Positions 1-12,370 of a stretch of DNA of 64,000 nt are shown here, one piece after another. Origin of the DNA: Leucoraja ocellata (Eukaryota). The notes beneath the pieces were generated by a model. The model worked only from the letters and a program-made list of their open reading frames with translations. It was not told the origin of the DNA and searched no databases. Numbering within the stretch: position 1 is the first letter of the stretch; each line of letters opens with the position of its first letter. The stretch is taken from contig JAWMAR010000342.1 in NCBI GenBank assembly GCA_036785375.1, positions 1,426,001-1,490,000 on the forward strand. The letters run 5' to 3'. A program made the position numbers and the translations under genes.

Positions 1-588
1 GTACAAATTTGGTGGTGTAAGGTTAAGAAAGTTGGGGTAAAATGTTCCTTCCTGTCCTCGGTGAAATATATTAGTGGAATAGTTTTTCATATAATTTGAC
101 ATTTTTCATTAATCCTGGAGTAGAATGTGACACGTTAAATTCAATTCAAATTTGCCATAACGGATTAAGATAGTTAATTCCATAAAACCACCAAGCTGTT
201 GCACCAATTGTTAAATAACCAACAATTAGCAATGCATTGACAGCAAGCAGTTTACTGGAAAAGTTAACTGAACTACTTGGTGGGTAATTAAAAGTTGGTT
301 CTACTGACACTTCAGCCTACTTATCTTCAATTTCTGTCATCAGACATACGATAATGTATCTCTGATTCTAATAAAAAATTGTTCAGTAGTTAACTGGGTT
401 TTAATTCACATAAATTATAATAGGTGTTGATGTATAATTGATCTGCTCTTACTTGGTTTGGTGTGAACTGGATTAAGAATTAAATACTAGAATTTATGCC
501 ACCGTATTTTTACCAAATTCACATAGTTAATGCAGGCATTATCAGGCGGCCAGTTTTTGATGGAACTGAGTATTGGTTATCGTTTCAG

Positions 589-734
589 ATCATGTGTGGA
601 CAGAGGTGTATTCAACCTCCCAGAAAAGGTGGCTGCATTGTGATCCCTGTGAAAATGTCTGTGACAAACCACTCCTGTATGAAATTGGATGGGGGAAAAA
701 GTTGTCTTATATTTTTGCGTTTTCAAAGGATGAG
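589..734 (+). CDS. NGLY1: NGLY1 (peptide:N-glycanase) internal coding exon, transglutaminase-like core
   Basis: ttcag|AT...GAG|gtaag. Encodes (D)[48 protein letters not shown] with the catalytic His (HVW) and Asp (HCD). Upstream exons lie outside the window. Confidence 0.97.
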
Positions 735-960
735 GTAAGATTTGGAATTGTATACTTCCTGATTGGTTAACAATCACTTTGAGGGTTCTACACCTGGAGA
801 GATTTCAGAACTGAGTGCAGATTCTGGAAAGGAGACCAAGGTGGCTGTCAGCCAAAGTTATTGTAAACATCTTTTTAAATTATTTAATGCCCCAATTATA
901 CAGTTCAATAAGTAATGCACTTGCATTACAAAAATATTACTTATTTTATTATTTATTTTT

Positions 961-1185
961 CACCCATCTGCCAATCAACCCTCACTCACATCCACCTGTC
1001 ATTTACCAGGCTTTGCCCCACCCATCACTCTCTTTTCAAACTTTCTCACCCCTACTCCCATCCGTGTGAAGAAGAGTCCTGACCCGAAACATTTTCTATT
1101 TCCTTCTGCAGATGCTGCCTGATCCACTGAGTTCCACCAGCACTTTTTTCTTACACAAGATATGCATACTCGTGTCTCCATTGGA
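961..1185 (+). mobile_element. degenerate Penelope-like terminal repeat fragment
   Basis: gtgaagaagagtcctgacccgaaac...gatgctgcctgatccactgagttccaccagcac, the same family as 59655-60290. Confidence 0.7.
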
Positions 1186-1734
1186 GCTAATAGTGTTCAA
1201 AACATTCATGGTCATTCCCTTATGATGCTGTTGTACTATGTTTACATATCTATTGTGCTACTTTAAGTAAGAATTTCATTGTTCCATTTCGAGACATATG
1301 ACAATAAAATACTTTTGACTCTCTTGATGCTGATTGGGAGGGAATCGGGTGCAGTCACTAGTTATTGTAGATGGTCACTGTGGTCAGAGTACGTTTGTGA
1401 GAAGATGCAGAGTCTAATGCACTGATCAACAGAAGAGGTCTTAGGAGCGGCAAGTACTCATAGGCCATGGGACGAGCATCGAAAATGTGTCTAGAATTTA
1501 ACTTTTGTGACCCATGTCTGGTATCTACTTGAAAGTTGGCACAGATTTAGATAAAATATAATTGAGAAGAAATTCATAACTTGTCAGTGCCAAAAGTTGA
1601 ACACTAATTAATTAAGATGAGTAGAAAATTAGATTGGAAAAAGTAATAGCGCCCTCTTGTGATCAATGCTCATATTACTAGGGTAGCCTAATTCCGTGCT
1701 GCGGTCTATTTAAATCATATAGTATTATACCATA

Positions 1735-2544
1735 CTAGACCAAGTGGGACCCGTTGCGTCCCCTCACTGCGCGGTTGCGGTAGTGGGGGGGGGGCGGCCT
1801 GCAGCGTCACACACGCACATGCACACACATTAACCACCCCCACGATATTATATTAATATCCATTCGCTCCTTTTACCCCATCCTCGCGAGAGAGGGGGGA
1901 GATAGGAGAGAGGCGGGGGGGGGGGGGACAATGGAGGGGGGGAAGGGAGGTGGGGAGAGAGGCGAGAGAGGCCGGGGAGAGGAGGGAGGGGTGAACCCAA
2001 CCCAAGAAGGTTCCGATCCGAGAGAGGGGGGGGGGGGGGGGGGAGAGGAGGAGGAGAAGGATGGGGTATGGGGACCCAACCCGCGAAGGTTCCAACCCGA
2101 GACGGACCCGAGAGCTCTAGTATAGGGCCCGACTTGCTCATTCTCCAAAGCCTGGGGGGAAGAGAGAGCCCGGCAGCGAGCGGGTTTATCTCCGGTAGAT
2201 TCTTTGGTCTTCAGTCGACGGGCCGATTTTGAATAACGGTGAGAGGGGTGGGGGGGGGGGGGGGGGGGGTGTTGTCACTCGCAGTGTGAGCAGACGGCAG
2301 GCAGATAGATCCATTGTGACGTCATCAGTGAAAAACAGGCATTTTGATTTCAAAGTTTTATCATATTTGTGAACATTTTCATTAATAACAAGAAATAAAG
2401 CACAACATTTTCTGATAAGCCGGTTTCGGACTCCAGGGGGTAAATCTCTACTGGAATGAGTAAAAATGTTACCATTTTTGTTGCAGTCTCTGTTGCAGTC
2501 TCTGCAAAATGTTACCATTACCTCGTCATTTTTTCGAGAGGATG
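1735..2544 (-). mobile_element. non-autonomous Helitron (3' end; runs into gap)
   Basis: Minus-strand 3' end: GGGAC..GTCCC hairpin followed by ACTTGGTCTAG|T. Same terminus as the copies at 38180, 53162 and 57094. Confidence 0.7.
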
Positions 2545-2746
2545 NNNNNNNNNNNNNNNNNNNNNNNNNNNNNNNNNNNNNNNNNNNNNNNNNNNNNNNN
2601 NNNNNNNNNNNNNNNNNNNNNNNNNNNNNNNNNNNNNNNNNNNNNNNNNNNNNNNNNNNNNNNNNNNNNNNNNNNNNNNNNNNNNNNNNNNNNNNNNNNN
2701 NNNNNNNNNNNNNNNNNNNNNNNNNNNNNNNNNNNNNNNNNNNNNN
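2545..2746. other. assembly gap
   Basis: Run of N. Confidence 1.
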
Positions 2747-2865
2747 ATAGTTATAAAATCAAACTTTTAGTTATATATTTTTTAATATATATATATGTGT
2801 ATATATATATATATATTTATTTATATATATTTATCTATATGTATATATATATTTATATATATTTA

Positions 2866-4020
2866 TAATCAAACTAAAAGTCTGATTTTAGAAAAAAACG
2901 CCGCCACTTACGGCTGTGATTTTTGGCAATCTTACTCAGCGCCCCCCCCCTCCGCTGTGCAGGACCAGAGGATTTTTCCCATCGATTAAAAATAAAACAG
3001 TTATTAGTGCTTAAAAAATGTTGAGATTCTCTCTCCTGAAGGCCACACCCCTTCCGGAGGGAATATAAAACTCGGAAGTGTTGAGTGCCTCAGTCAGTCT
3101 CTGCAAGATGGGGGAGCGAGAGAGTCACGTCTCTCAGTTTGAGCTATGAATAACACTGAACATATGTCTACTAAACTGCGTGGTTTTACTGACCTGTCAG
3201 TGCCCTTAATGTGGTTTGAAAATATAGTTTGGAAATACTAAAGCTGTGTTGCCTTGGGTTTGTTAATGCTAAAGCTATGTTGCCTTGGGTGTGGAAATGA
3301 TAAAGCTGTGTTGCCCTTGGTTTGGAAATGCTAAAGCTGTGTTGCCTTTGGTTTGGAAATGCTAACGCTGTGTGCTTAAATAAAGTTGCCTTGCCCAGTT
3401 AAAGTTGCCTTGCCAATTAAAGTTGTTTGCTCAATTAAAGTTGCCTTCTATATAATTACTAGTCTAATCTTGACCACTTCCTGTTTGCTCTTTATATTGA
3501 TTTTATAAAAATCGCTACCACGTACGGCTGTAATTTTTGGCCATCTTACTCAAGAGTCCCCCTCCACTCGTCAGGTGCTGAGGATTTTTCCTATCGATGA
3601 AAAATAAAAGAGTTATTAGTGTTTAAAAAATGTTGAGATTCTCTCTCCTGTCAATCACGCTATGAAGGCCACACCCCTTCTGGTGGGAGGGGTGGAGGGA
3701 CTATAAAACCCAGAAGTGTGGGTGTGGCTCAGTCTCTGCAGGATGGAGGAGGGAGAGGTCACGACTGGCTGTCTTTATTGGCCTTGCACCCTGCTTGAAG
3801 TGGTAAGAAAATGCACTTGAATTTGGTGGCCTTGCACCCTGCTTGAAATGGAATTTCAAGGAATAGCCGTGAGTCAACTGCCAGCCCACCAGCCGTGAGT
3901 GAGTGAGTTGCCAGCACAACAGGCTTGAGTGACTGTGCTGTCAGCCCAATATTGGAATTGGTGGAGAGGTGGAATATTGTGTTGGGGGACCAGCCATCCC
4001 GTGTGATACTGGGAACCAGC
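2866..4020 (+). mobile_element. composite non-autonomous Helitron with internal ~30-bp tandem repeats (3230-3450)
   Basis: Reverse complement of 48577-49504 plus 52941-53160. Two AT-rich 5'-type starts (~2866 and ~3447), preceded by (TA)n. Confidence 0.7.
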
Positions 4021-5416
4021 GCGGGGGTGGGGGGGGGGGGGGGGGTGTGTGTGTGTGTCTTTCCCCCTCTCCCCCTTTTTCTCCCCCCTTGACTGTAGTC
4101 CGACTGGAGGTGTATTTTGAGTGAGACTGCTGTAGAGGTCCCCACTGACTGCCCGTGTGCAGAGTGGGGGTCACGGCCAAAGTGTGACTGGGGCAGTGCC
4201 AGGCTGGGGGACAGACCTGAAAGGCATCTTCCAGTTGCTTTAAGAGGAAAATGAGTGAGACTGCCACAGAAGTCGTAGGTTTTATCAGCTCCTGAACGTG
4301 CCTAATTAATACGTCAGGGCACTATGTTACGTACATAGGCTCCGCGGTCAGAACACTTCTCGGCAATTGATCGCAGGCAGCTCCGTGATTAGATGTTAAA
4401 GAAGACCCTTCTTTGACTTCAAGCTGACATGTGACAACTTTTAATTTGTTCAGGAAAGTTCAAGTCCTCAACTTCAGCCTCAAGATCTGATATCTCACAT
4501 TATAAGAGGTTGAAATTTAATTAATCAACATCCATGCAGGTTGATTTTCATAAATTCTGACTTTAGAGCTTACCTTCCAGTTCCAGTTGCTTCACAATGT
4601 TTCACTGGTTCCATGACTTGGCTGTCCTGTTTGTGATGCAGCACCTTAGCAGCGACTTTGCTTTCCAGACTTTCTTCCACTTCTATCCAGTTAGCTGCAC
4701 ATTCTTCACACTTCATAATGCTTTTCTCACTAAATTCAATTACCTTGCTGTGAGTTTCGACGACATGTATTGCACAGAAGACCAAAGAACCTTCATTGGA
4801 ATCTCCAGTAACACTAACATCAGAAGAAATACTCTCTGCCATGATGTGGGCTCCCTGCCTAGCTAGCCTGAAGCAAAGCGGTCAATTGGCGTCCGACTCG
4901 ATGTCAAATGTGCTTTGATTGACAATTACTACTCGGAAAATTGGAGGTTTTTCCTCATATTTAAAAAAAAATGTGCATGTTTTGTTCTTGAGTTTCAGGT
5001 ATTATTTCTATAATATTTTTACACAATATGTTATAAATATGGGTAGATATGTGATTAGGGTCACAAAATGAAATGAAAAAGCACCTCGGCCTATGGTCTA
5101 TCAGTAATATAGAACATTTTATTTGAGGGGCTTTTCATTCTTGAGACAGTGTAGACCACTTCGGTACTCATGGTGTTTGTATAATTGATGCAGCTACGAT
5201 TCTGATAATAGTCATTGTTGCGGAGCACACTAATGTGCCCTTTGGCCCATCACAACCATGCTGATCTTTTTGCACATCTGCACTAATCACTCTTGCCAAC
5301 ATTAAGAAACTCTACCTATTCAAACGCCCACCTAAATGTCCATTTAACATAGTGATTGCATCTGATTCTACCTCTCCTGGCAGCATGTTTTAGATTGGAA
5401 ACACCTCCCATCTTTA

Positions 5417-5703
5417 TAGAAACATAGAAAATAGGTGCAGGTGGAGGCCATTCGGCCCTTTGAGCCAGCACTGTCATTCATTGTGATCATGGCTGATCGT
5501 CCCTTATCAATAACTCGTGCCAGCTTCTCCCCATATCCCTTGACTCCACCAGCCCCTAGAGATCTATCTAACTCTCTCTTAAATCCATCCAGTGACTTGG
5601 CCTCTACTGCCCTCTGCGGCAGGGAATTCCATAAATTCACAACTCTCTGGGTGAAAACGTTTTTTCTCACCTCAGTCTTAAATGACCTCCCCTTTATCTT
5701 CTC
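5417..5703 (-). mobile_element. CR1-type LINE 3' end
   Basis: (TAGAAACA)n tail. The minus-strand translation contains KIKGRSFKTEVRKNVFTQRVVNLWNSLP, typical of the CR1 ORF2 C-terminus. Confidence 0.85.
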
Positions 5704-6067
5704 ATAGCCACAACTCATAAACAGTTCATCTTCCAACGTTTAATCCTGCTCACCCATGATTCCAGTACATTATCCAGCTGCCAATTGAGCAGCACACGGA
5801 ATTTAAAATGTTGATCTTTGTGTTTGATTTCCCTCGTGAACTTTCAACCCACTTTGGTCTGGAAACTCTCGGGACTCTAATATTGTTCCAACTATGGTCT
5901 GGTACATCACTCCTTTTCCTCCACCCTTAAGAGTTTCATCAATCCGGGCCCTTACAATTATAGCAGAAATCAGATCTCTTTGCTGTTTGATAATCTAACT
6001 ACAAACTGAAGCCTTTGATTATTATTTGTTGAATGAAATTTGTGTGATGCCCCAATTACTCTTTCAG

Positions 6068-6178
6068 GTGGTTGATGTCAGCTGGAGATATTCATGCAAG
6101 CATACAGAGCTTCTGACTCGTAGAACACAACTTGGGGAAGGATTGCTGCGACAAACTATTAATAAATTAAATTCTGAG
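6068..6178 (+). CDS. NGLY1: NGLY1 coding exon
   Basis: ttcag|GTG...GAG|gtgaa. Encodes [37 protein letters not shown], in phase with the previous exon. Confidence 0.95.
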
Positions 6179-7376
6179 GTGAATGTAGTGCAAAGATGTA
6201 AATATAATTGTGCTAATAATTTTGTTTTTGGAAAATAAAGCAGTTAGTAGAAATAATAAACGCAGAAACAATTATGCTTCATAGTTCATACAACAAGCCT
6301 TAACATTAATCTTGTACTGAACTTTTTTACAATACATTACTTAATATAAATTACTTCATAGTTCGAGTGAACCATGTTAAAATCTTTAACCAATGAGAAG
6401 ATTTTTTCTAATATCATTAATTTACAGTAATTATTTGTACAATTCATCGTCTACCCTTGGGAATGGGAGCAAGAGAAAATCTCCTTTTCCCCACTATCCT
6501 TGGTTCTCAGTCTCTTGCTTATATTCTCCTACATAAGATTGCAAGAAATGGAACAGGGATAGACAAAGAGACCACCTGCCCCACCTGCTGTGCGTTTCAG
6601 TAAGATCATGGCTGAATGTCTACATTTATTACATTTTCCAGTTAGCTCAGAATCTGTCAATTTCAGTTTTGAATATACTGCACCACCATTCTTGGGTAGA
6701 AATGGCAAAGCAACTAAGCTTCGAGTGAGGACATTTCTGATTATTGACGTCCCAAATGACCAAAACATTATTCTAAGTCCCTTGTTCCAAACTCTTCAAC
6801 GAAGGGGAAATTCCATTCTAGTTTCTGCCCCATGAGATTCCCAACAGTTTTAGATGTGTTCAATTAAGTTACTAAATATTTTTCTTATTTATTTGCAACA
6901 TAGATTTAGTTGAGTTTATTGTCACATGTAGTAAGGTACAGTGAAAAAAGATGGAGGCTACATTGGCTCGGCTCATAGTGATGTCCCATTTCCCTGCCAA
7001 TTTCCAGAGTAACTTATTCTCCCTATATTTTCTTAACCCTCACCCCATTCTCCTTCACAGATTCTTCAGCTTTTGTCCACACACTCATTACAATCTATTG
7101 GCCAATAAATCTACCAAACTTAGTGTTTTTAAGATGTGGAATGAAATTGACAATGGTGACACTGGTAGCAGAGCTATTCACTAAATGCAGTTGGTTAAAT
7201 GCTGCAGTGAGTATTGGCAATAAAGGAAAAGCAATAAATCCAATCAGAAATTATTTTTTAAAGTTAGTCTTATAATTAAGGGTACTGTGTAATATGATTT
7301 GAACAAGATGGCCTCAATATACATGGACCCATCTGGTTAACCTGAAATGTGGTTTCACTCTGTTTTATAATTGCAG

Positions 7377-7547
7377 AGAAAACACTTCCTTCCACAAGAG
7401 AGGAAGCAGGAACTTTTGGAACGGTACATTGTTGAACTTGTCGAATTCATTTCGCCAAAAACCCCAAATCCAGGAGAACTCGGTGGAAGAATATCAGGTT
7501 CTGTATTGTGGAAAGTAACTAGAGGAGAAACTGGAACTCGTGCTCAG
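7377..7547 (+). CDS. NGLY1: NGLY1 coding exon
   Basis: tgcag|AGA...CAG|gtgat. Encodes [53 protein letters not shown] (conserved [10 protein letters not shown]...RGE motif). Confidence 0.95.
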
Positions 7548-8293
7548 GTGATCACTGTTACTTATTAATTTGAAAAACATAGACAATGACCACCATTGTT
7601 GCCCAAATTAAATTTGGCTTATTGGGCATTGACTTTTTTTATAAGATCATACTTTGATAATTAGAAGCTTTCCATTCACCTCTCCTTTGCTATCTTCTGG
7701 GATTCAGAATTTGTCTATTCCACACATGCAAGCAAACACAATTGGACTATAAAGCATGTTCCTTTGCCATTTGTAAGTGACATTGGCCTCTAGTTTTGAT
7801 TACAATTTAAGGGCACCTCTTTGCTAAATTGTGTTTGAAGCATTACAGTGAATCTTAAGAGTTTTTGTTGGATTGTTTCCAGGTGAATGTGGCTGTCTGT
7901 TTTGCATGAAGCATTATGTGAATGCTGTACATTAGTTTAGACATGGAACTTGTTGAAATCTTTACTAATCTTGAAAATTTTGATATGATCATTGACCTTT
8001 TCACCTCATGTCGTTTCCCTCCAAGCATTGATCATGTTAACCTCCTCTTTCTCACTTGAGTCGCAGTGGGTCTTAAAACCTTCCTAGTTCCCCCAGACAT
8101 AGAGGATTCCTACTTGATGATCTTGCAAAAGTGGCATTTGATAATTTGAATATTTGTTTTTACTCACATCGGCTGCATTAAATCTTCCCAAATCTTTGGA
8201 ATCATTTCCTGCATCTGTTAGAAGGACCTTTTTGATGTATAGGCCTATGTTCATTTCTTGCGAGCCACTCATAAAATAGTCATGTTAAACATA

Positions 8294-9925
8294 CAGTGCC
8301 CTCCACAATGTTTGGGACAAATACCCATCATTTGTTTGCCTCTGTACTCCACAATTTGAGATTTGTAATAGACAAAATCAAACTTTTAAAGTGCACATGG
8401 TCAGATTTTAATAACGGTATTTTTATACATTTTGGTTTCACCATGTAGAAATTACAGCAGTGTTTATACAATGTCCCCCCCCCCCCCCTCCCCATTTCAG
8501 TGCACCATAATGTTTGCGACACATGGCTTCACAGGCGTTTGTAATTGCCCAGGTGTGTTTAAATGCCTCCTTAATGCAGGTATAAGAGAGCTCGCAGCAC
8601 CTAGTCTTTCCTCCAGTCTTTCCTTCACCTTTGGAAATGTTTATTGCTGTTTATCAATATGAGGGCCAGTTATACCAATGAAAGTCAAAGAAACCATTAT
8701 GAGACTGAGTAACAAGAATAAAACAATAGAGACATCAGCCAAACGTTAGGTTTACCAAAATCAACTGTTTGGAACATCATTAAGAAGAAAGAGACCACTG
8801 GTGAGCTTACTAATCGCAAAGGGACTGGCAGGCCAAGGAAGACCTCCACAGTTGATGACAGAAGAATTCTCTTTATAATAAAGCAAAATCCCCAAACACC
8901 TGTCTGACAGATCAGAAACACTCTTCAGGAGTCAGGTGAGGATTTGTCAATGACCGCTGTCCGCAGAAGATTTCATGAACAGAGGCTACACTGCACGATG
9001 CAAACAGCTGGTTAGCTGCAAAAATAGGATGGCCAGGTTACAGTTTTCCAAGAAGTACTTAAAGAGCAACCACAGTTCCGGAAAAAAGTCTTGTGGACAG
9101 ATGAGACGAAGATGAACTTATATCAGAGTGATGGCAAGAGCAAAGTATGGAGGAGAGAAGGAACTGCCCAAGATTCAAAGCATACTACCTCATCTGTGAA
9201 ACACAGTGGTGGGGGTGTTATGGCCTGGGCATGTATGGCAGCTGAAGGTACTGGCTCACATCTTCATTGATGATACAACTGCTGATGGTAGTGGTATAAT
9301 GAATTCTGAAGTGTATAGACGCATCCTATCTGCTCAAGTTCAAACAAATGCCTCATAACACATTGGCTGGCGATTCATTCTACAGCAAGACAATGATCCC
9401 AAACATACTGATAAAACAACAAATTAGTTTTTCAAAGCTAAAAAATGGTCAATTCTTGAGTTGCCAAGTCAATCACATATTCTGAACCCAATTGAGCATG
9501 CCATTTTTATGGTGAAGTAATAAAAATGGCCCCCAAAACAAGCATAAGCTAAAGATGGCTGCAATACAGGCCTGGCAAAACATCACCAGAGACCACACCC
9601 TGCAACTGGTGATGTCCATGAATCGCAGACCTCTAGCAGTCATTGCATGCAAAGGATATGCAATAAAATACTAAACATAAGTACTTTCATTTACATGACA
9701 TTGCTGTGTCCCAAACCTTATGGTGCCCTGAAATGAGGTGACTATGTATAAACACTGCTGTGATTTCTATATGGTGAAACCAAAATGTATAAAAATGGCC
9801 TTTATTAAAATCTGACAATGTGCACTTTAACTGCATGTGATTTTTTTTCTATTACAAATCTAAAATTGTGAAGTACAGAGACAAATAAATGATGGGTCTT
9901 TGTCCAAAACATTATGAAAGTCATG
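8294..9925 (+). mobile_element. full-length Tc1-family DNA transposon (IR/DR type) with disrupted DD34E transposase
   Basis: TA|CAGTGCCCTCCACAATGTTTGGGACAAA ... TTTGTCCAAAACATTATGAAAGTCATG|TA with ~230-bp inverted repeats. Motifs LWTDETK, QQDNDPKH and PSQSHILNPIE, with 34 residues between D and E. Confidence 0.92.
8659..9674 (+). pseudogene. Tc1 transposase pseudogene
   Basis: HTH-like IRDISQTLGLPKSTVWNIIKK and GRPRKT motifs, with in-frame stops (e.g. TAG ~9425) and frameshifts. Confidence 0.88.
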
Positions 9926-11099
9926 TACATCTGGTTAAATTGACAGTTGTAGCATGAATTGCAGTTCCACTGTACTATTCCTAGTGTTATCTCCTTTTAT
10001 CATTTGTGTATGACAAATAAAATATTTAAATCATGATTTTAAAAACTTGATTGTCATCTGTCTAGCTGAACGTGGAAATTCCTGTGGCGTTATTATAATC
10101 ATTCAGGGCATCTTGCGTTAATACATCACTTAAAGTAATGTGGAATGTGTACCAGTTAAATACTGAATGTGATCACTAAACATCAGACGCAGGAGTAGAT
10201 CAGTTGGCTTGCTCCACCATTCAGTAAAATCATGGCTGATCCTAACTTGGCCTCTACGTCACTTTCCTACTCTCTCCCCATAGCCTTCACTTTCTTGTAA
10301 CTCAATTGTCGTGTCAATGTCCATTTGAATATATTCAATGACTGTCTTCCGAGATCTGTGGTATTAAAAAAAATCCCCAAAAATGACTATCCGAAACTAT
10401 AAATTCTTTTTTTTAACCTGCCTTCAAATTAAGTATATCTTTCCTTTACTCCAGAGGCTAAAACGGCATGAGCAATGCCCTACAGAAATGCATTAAAATG
10501 TTCCTACTTCAATACTTATCCTTTGCAACATAGGCCAACATTCCTTTGGCCATCCAAATGACTGGTCTTCTCCAGGTTATAGCAGGGTTCCAGTTCTGAA
10601 AACTGTTCGTATCTAGACAATATGAAATTTGGAAAGGTGGCCGCAAACCAAATTCCCACATGACAGAAGATGATTGCAAACCTGCAGCAGCAGCTAAATC
10701 TATGCAGCCAGTCTCCTAAAGCTTTACATATCAGGGTTCGTAAACTGGAGGGGACCTGTACTTGTTTTAGCTGAATGCCAACTCCTGGTGGGTCATGGAC
10801 TGGAATCCCCAAATCTTTATGTATTGCAAAGTTTTTGGTCACTTTACACAAATAACATATTTTTGTTCCAAAGCAAATAACCTCATGTTTCCATGTTACC
10901 CATATTATACTTTATGTGCCCACTTTTAGCATGCTCTTTTAATTTATTTTGACACGCTTCTCACAACCTGCTTTCCCACTGGTCCTTTTTTGTGTTGTAG
11001 GCAAATATGGCAAGAAAACACTTGGCTTCCTTTTATATGTCATTAGTACAGCTTGTGAATGGTTAAGAACCCAGCATTAAACCCTGTGCCACCCCACTA

Positions 11100-11680
11100 A
11101 TTAGTCGTAGAGTGATAGTGTGGAAACAGGCCATTCTGCCCAATTTGCCAATACCAGCCAACATGTCCCACTTGCTTGCGTCAGGCCCATATCCCTCCAA
11201 ACCTGTCCTATCCAGGTACTCGTCTAACCGTTTCTAACGTTGAGACAGTCCCTGCCTCAACTACCTCCTCTGGCCGCTTGTTCCATACATGCACCACATT
11301 TGTGTGAAAATGTTACCCCTCAGATTCCTATTAAATCTTTCCCCCTTCACCTCAAACTTATGTCCTCCGGTCTGGGCAAGAGACTGCTAGTGCATCTAAC
11401 CGATCTATTCCTCTCATGATTTTATACACCTCTATAAGATCACCCCTCATCCTTCTGCGCAACAAGGAATAGAGTCCCAGTCCAGTGAACCTCTCCCTAT
11501 AGCTCAGACCCTCTAATCCTGGCAACATCCTCGTAAATCTTCTCTGTACACTTTCCAGCTTGACAACATCTTTCCTATAACATGGTGCCCAGAACTGAGT
11601 ACTGAGAACAGTTCTCGCCTATAATGTGGTGCCAAGAACTGAACACAATATTCTAAATGCAGCCTCACCACGTTCATACA
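11100..11680 (-). mobile_element. CR1-type LINE 3' fragment
   Basis: Minus-strand VRLHLEYCVQFLAPHYR plus CR1-like 3'UTR; a short internal duplication lies near 11570-11645. Confidence 0.75.
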
Positions 11681-11827
11681 ATTGTTGATTGCCAATCTGA
11701 AAGTGAACCATTTATGCAAACTGTTTTCTACTAGTTAGCACTCTGGTGCAGTAAATTATTCTGTGATATCTCATCAAATGTTTTCTGGGAATCGCTTTTT
11801 CATTTTTAAAAATGATCAGAAAACTCT

Positions 11828-12370
11828 ATAGAACATAGAACGATTTAGTACAGGAACAGTCCCTTTGGGCTACGATGTTTATGCCAAACATGATGATCAG
11901 TTGAACTGATCTCATCTGCCTGCACATGATCCATATCCCTCTGTTCCCTACACTTCCATGTGCCTATCTAAAAGCCTCTTAAATGCCACTATTGTATCTG
12001 CCTCTGCCACCACCCTTGGCAATCCAGGCCCCCACCACCCTCTATATAAAAAACCTTGCGCTGCACATTTCCATTAATCTTTCCCCCACTCACCATACAG
12101 CTATGGCCTCCAATTTTGGATATTTCCATCCTGTGGGGGAAAAGGTTCTGACTGTCTACCCCATCTCTGCCTCTTATAATTTTATATACATCTATAAAGT
12201 TTCCCCTCAACCTCCGACGCTCCAGAAAAAACAATCCAAGTCTATCCAACTTCTCCCTGTAGTTGAAACCCTTTAATCAAAGCAGCCACATCTTTCCTGT
12301 AATGGGGTGACCAGAACTGCTCGCAAATGTGGCCTAACCAAAGTCCTATAGAGTTGCATCATGACTTTCA
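11828..12370 (-). mobile_element. CR1-type LINE 3' fragment
   Basis: atagaacatagaac tail and minus-strand LDRLGLFFLERRRLRGNFIDVYKIIRG. Confidence 0.8.

Noticed and set aside
1848-2148. Pro/Gly-rich ORFs (also 46633-47053, 53739-54271, 50018-50516)
   Set aside because: Translations of G/C homopolymer and minisatellite tracts inside mobile elements.
3230-3450. Regularly spaced ~30-bp repeats resembling a CRISPR array
   Set aside because: Contiguous tandem units with no unique spacers, inside a Helitron in a vertebrate intron.
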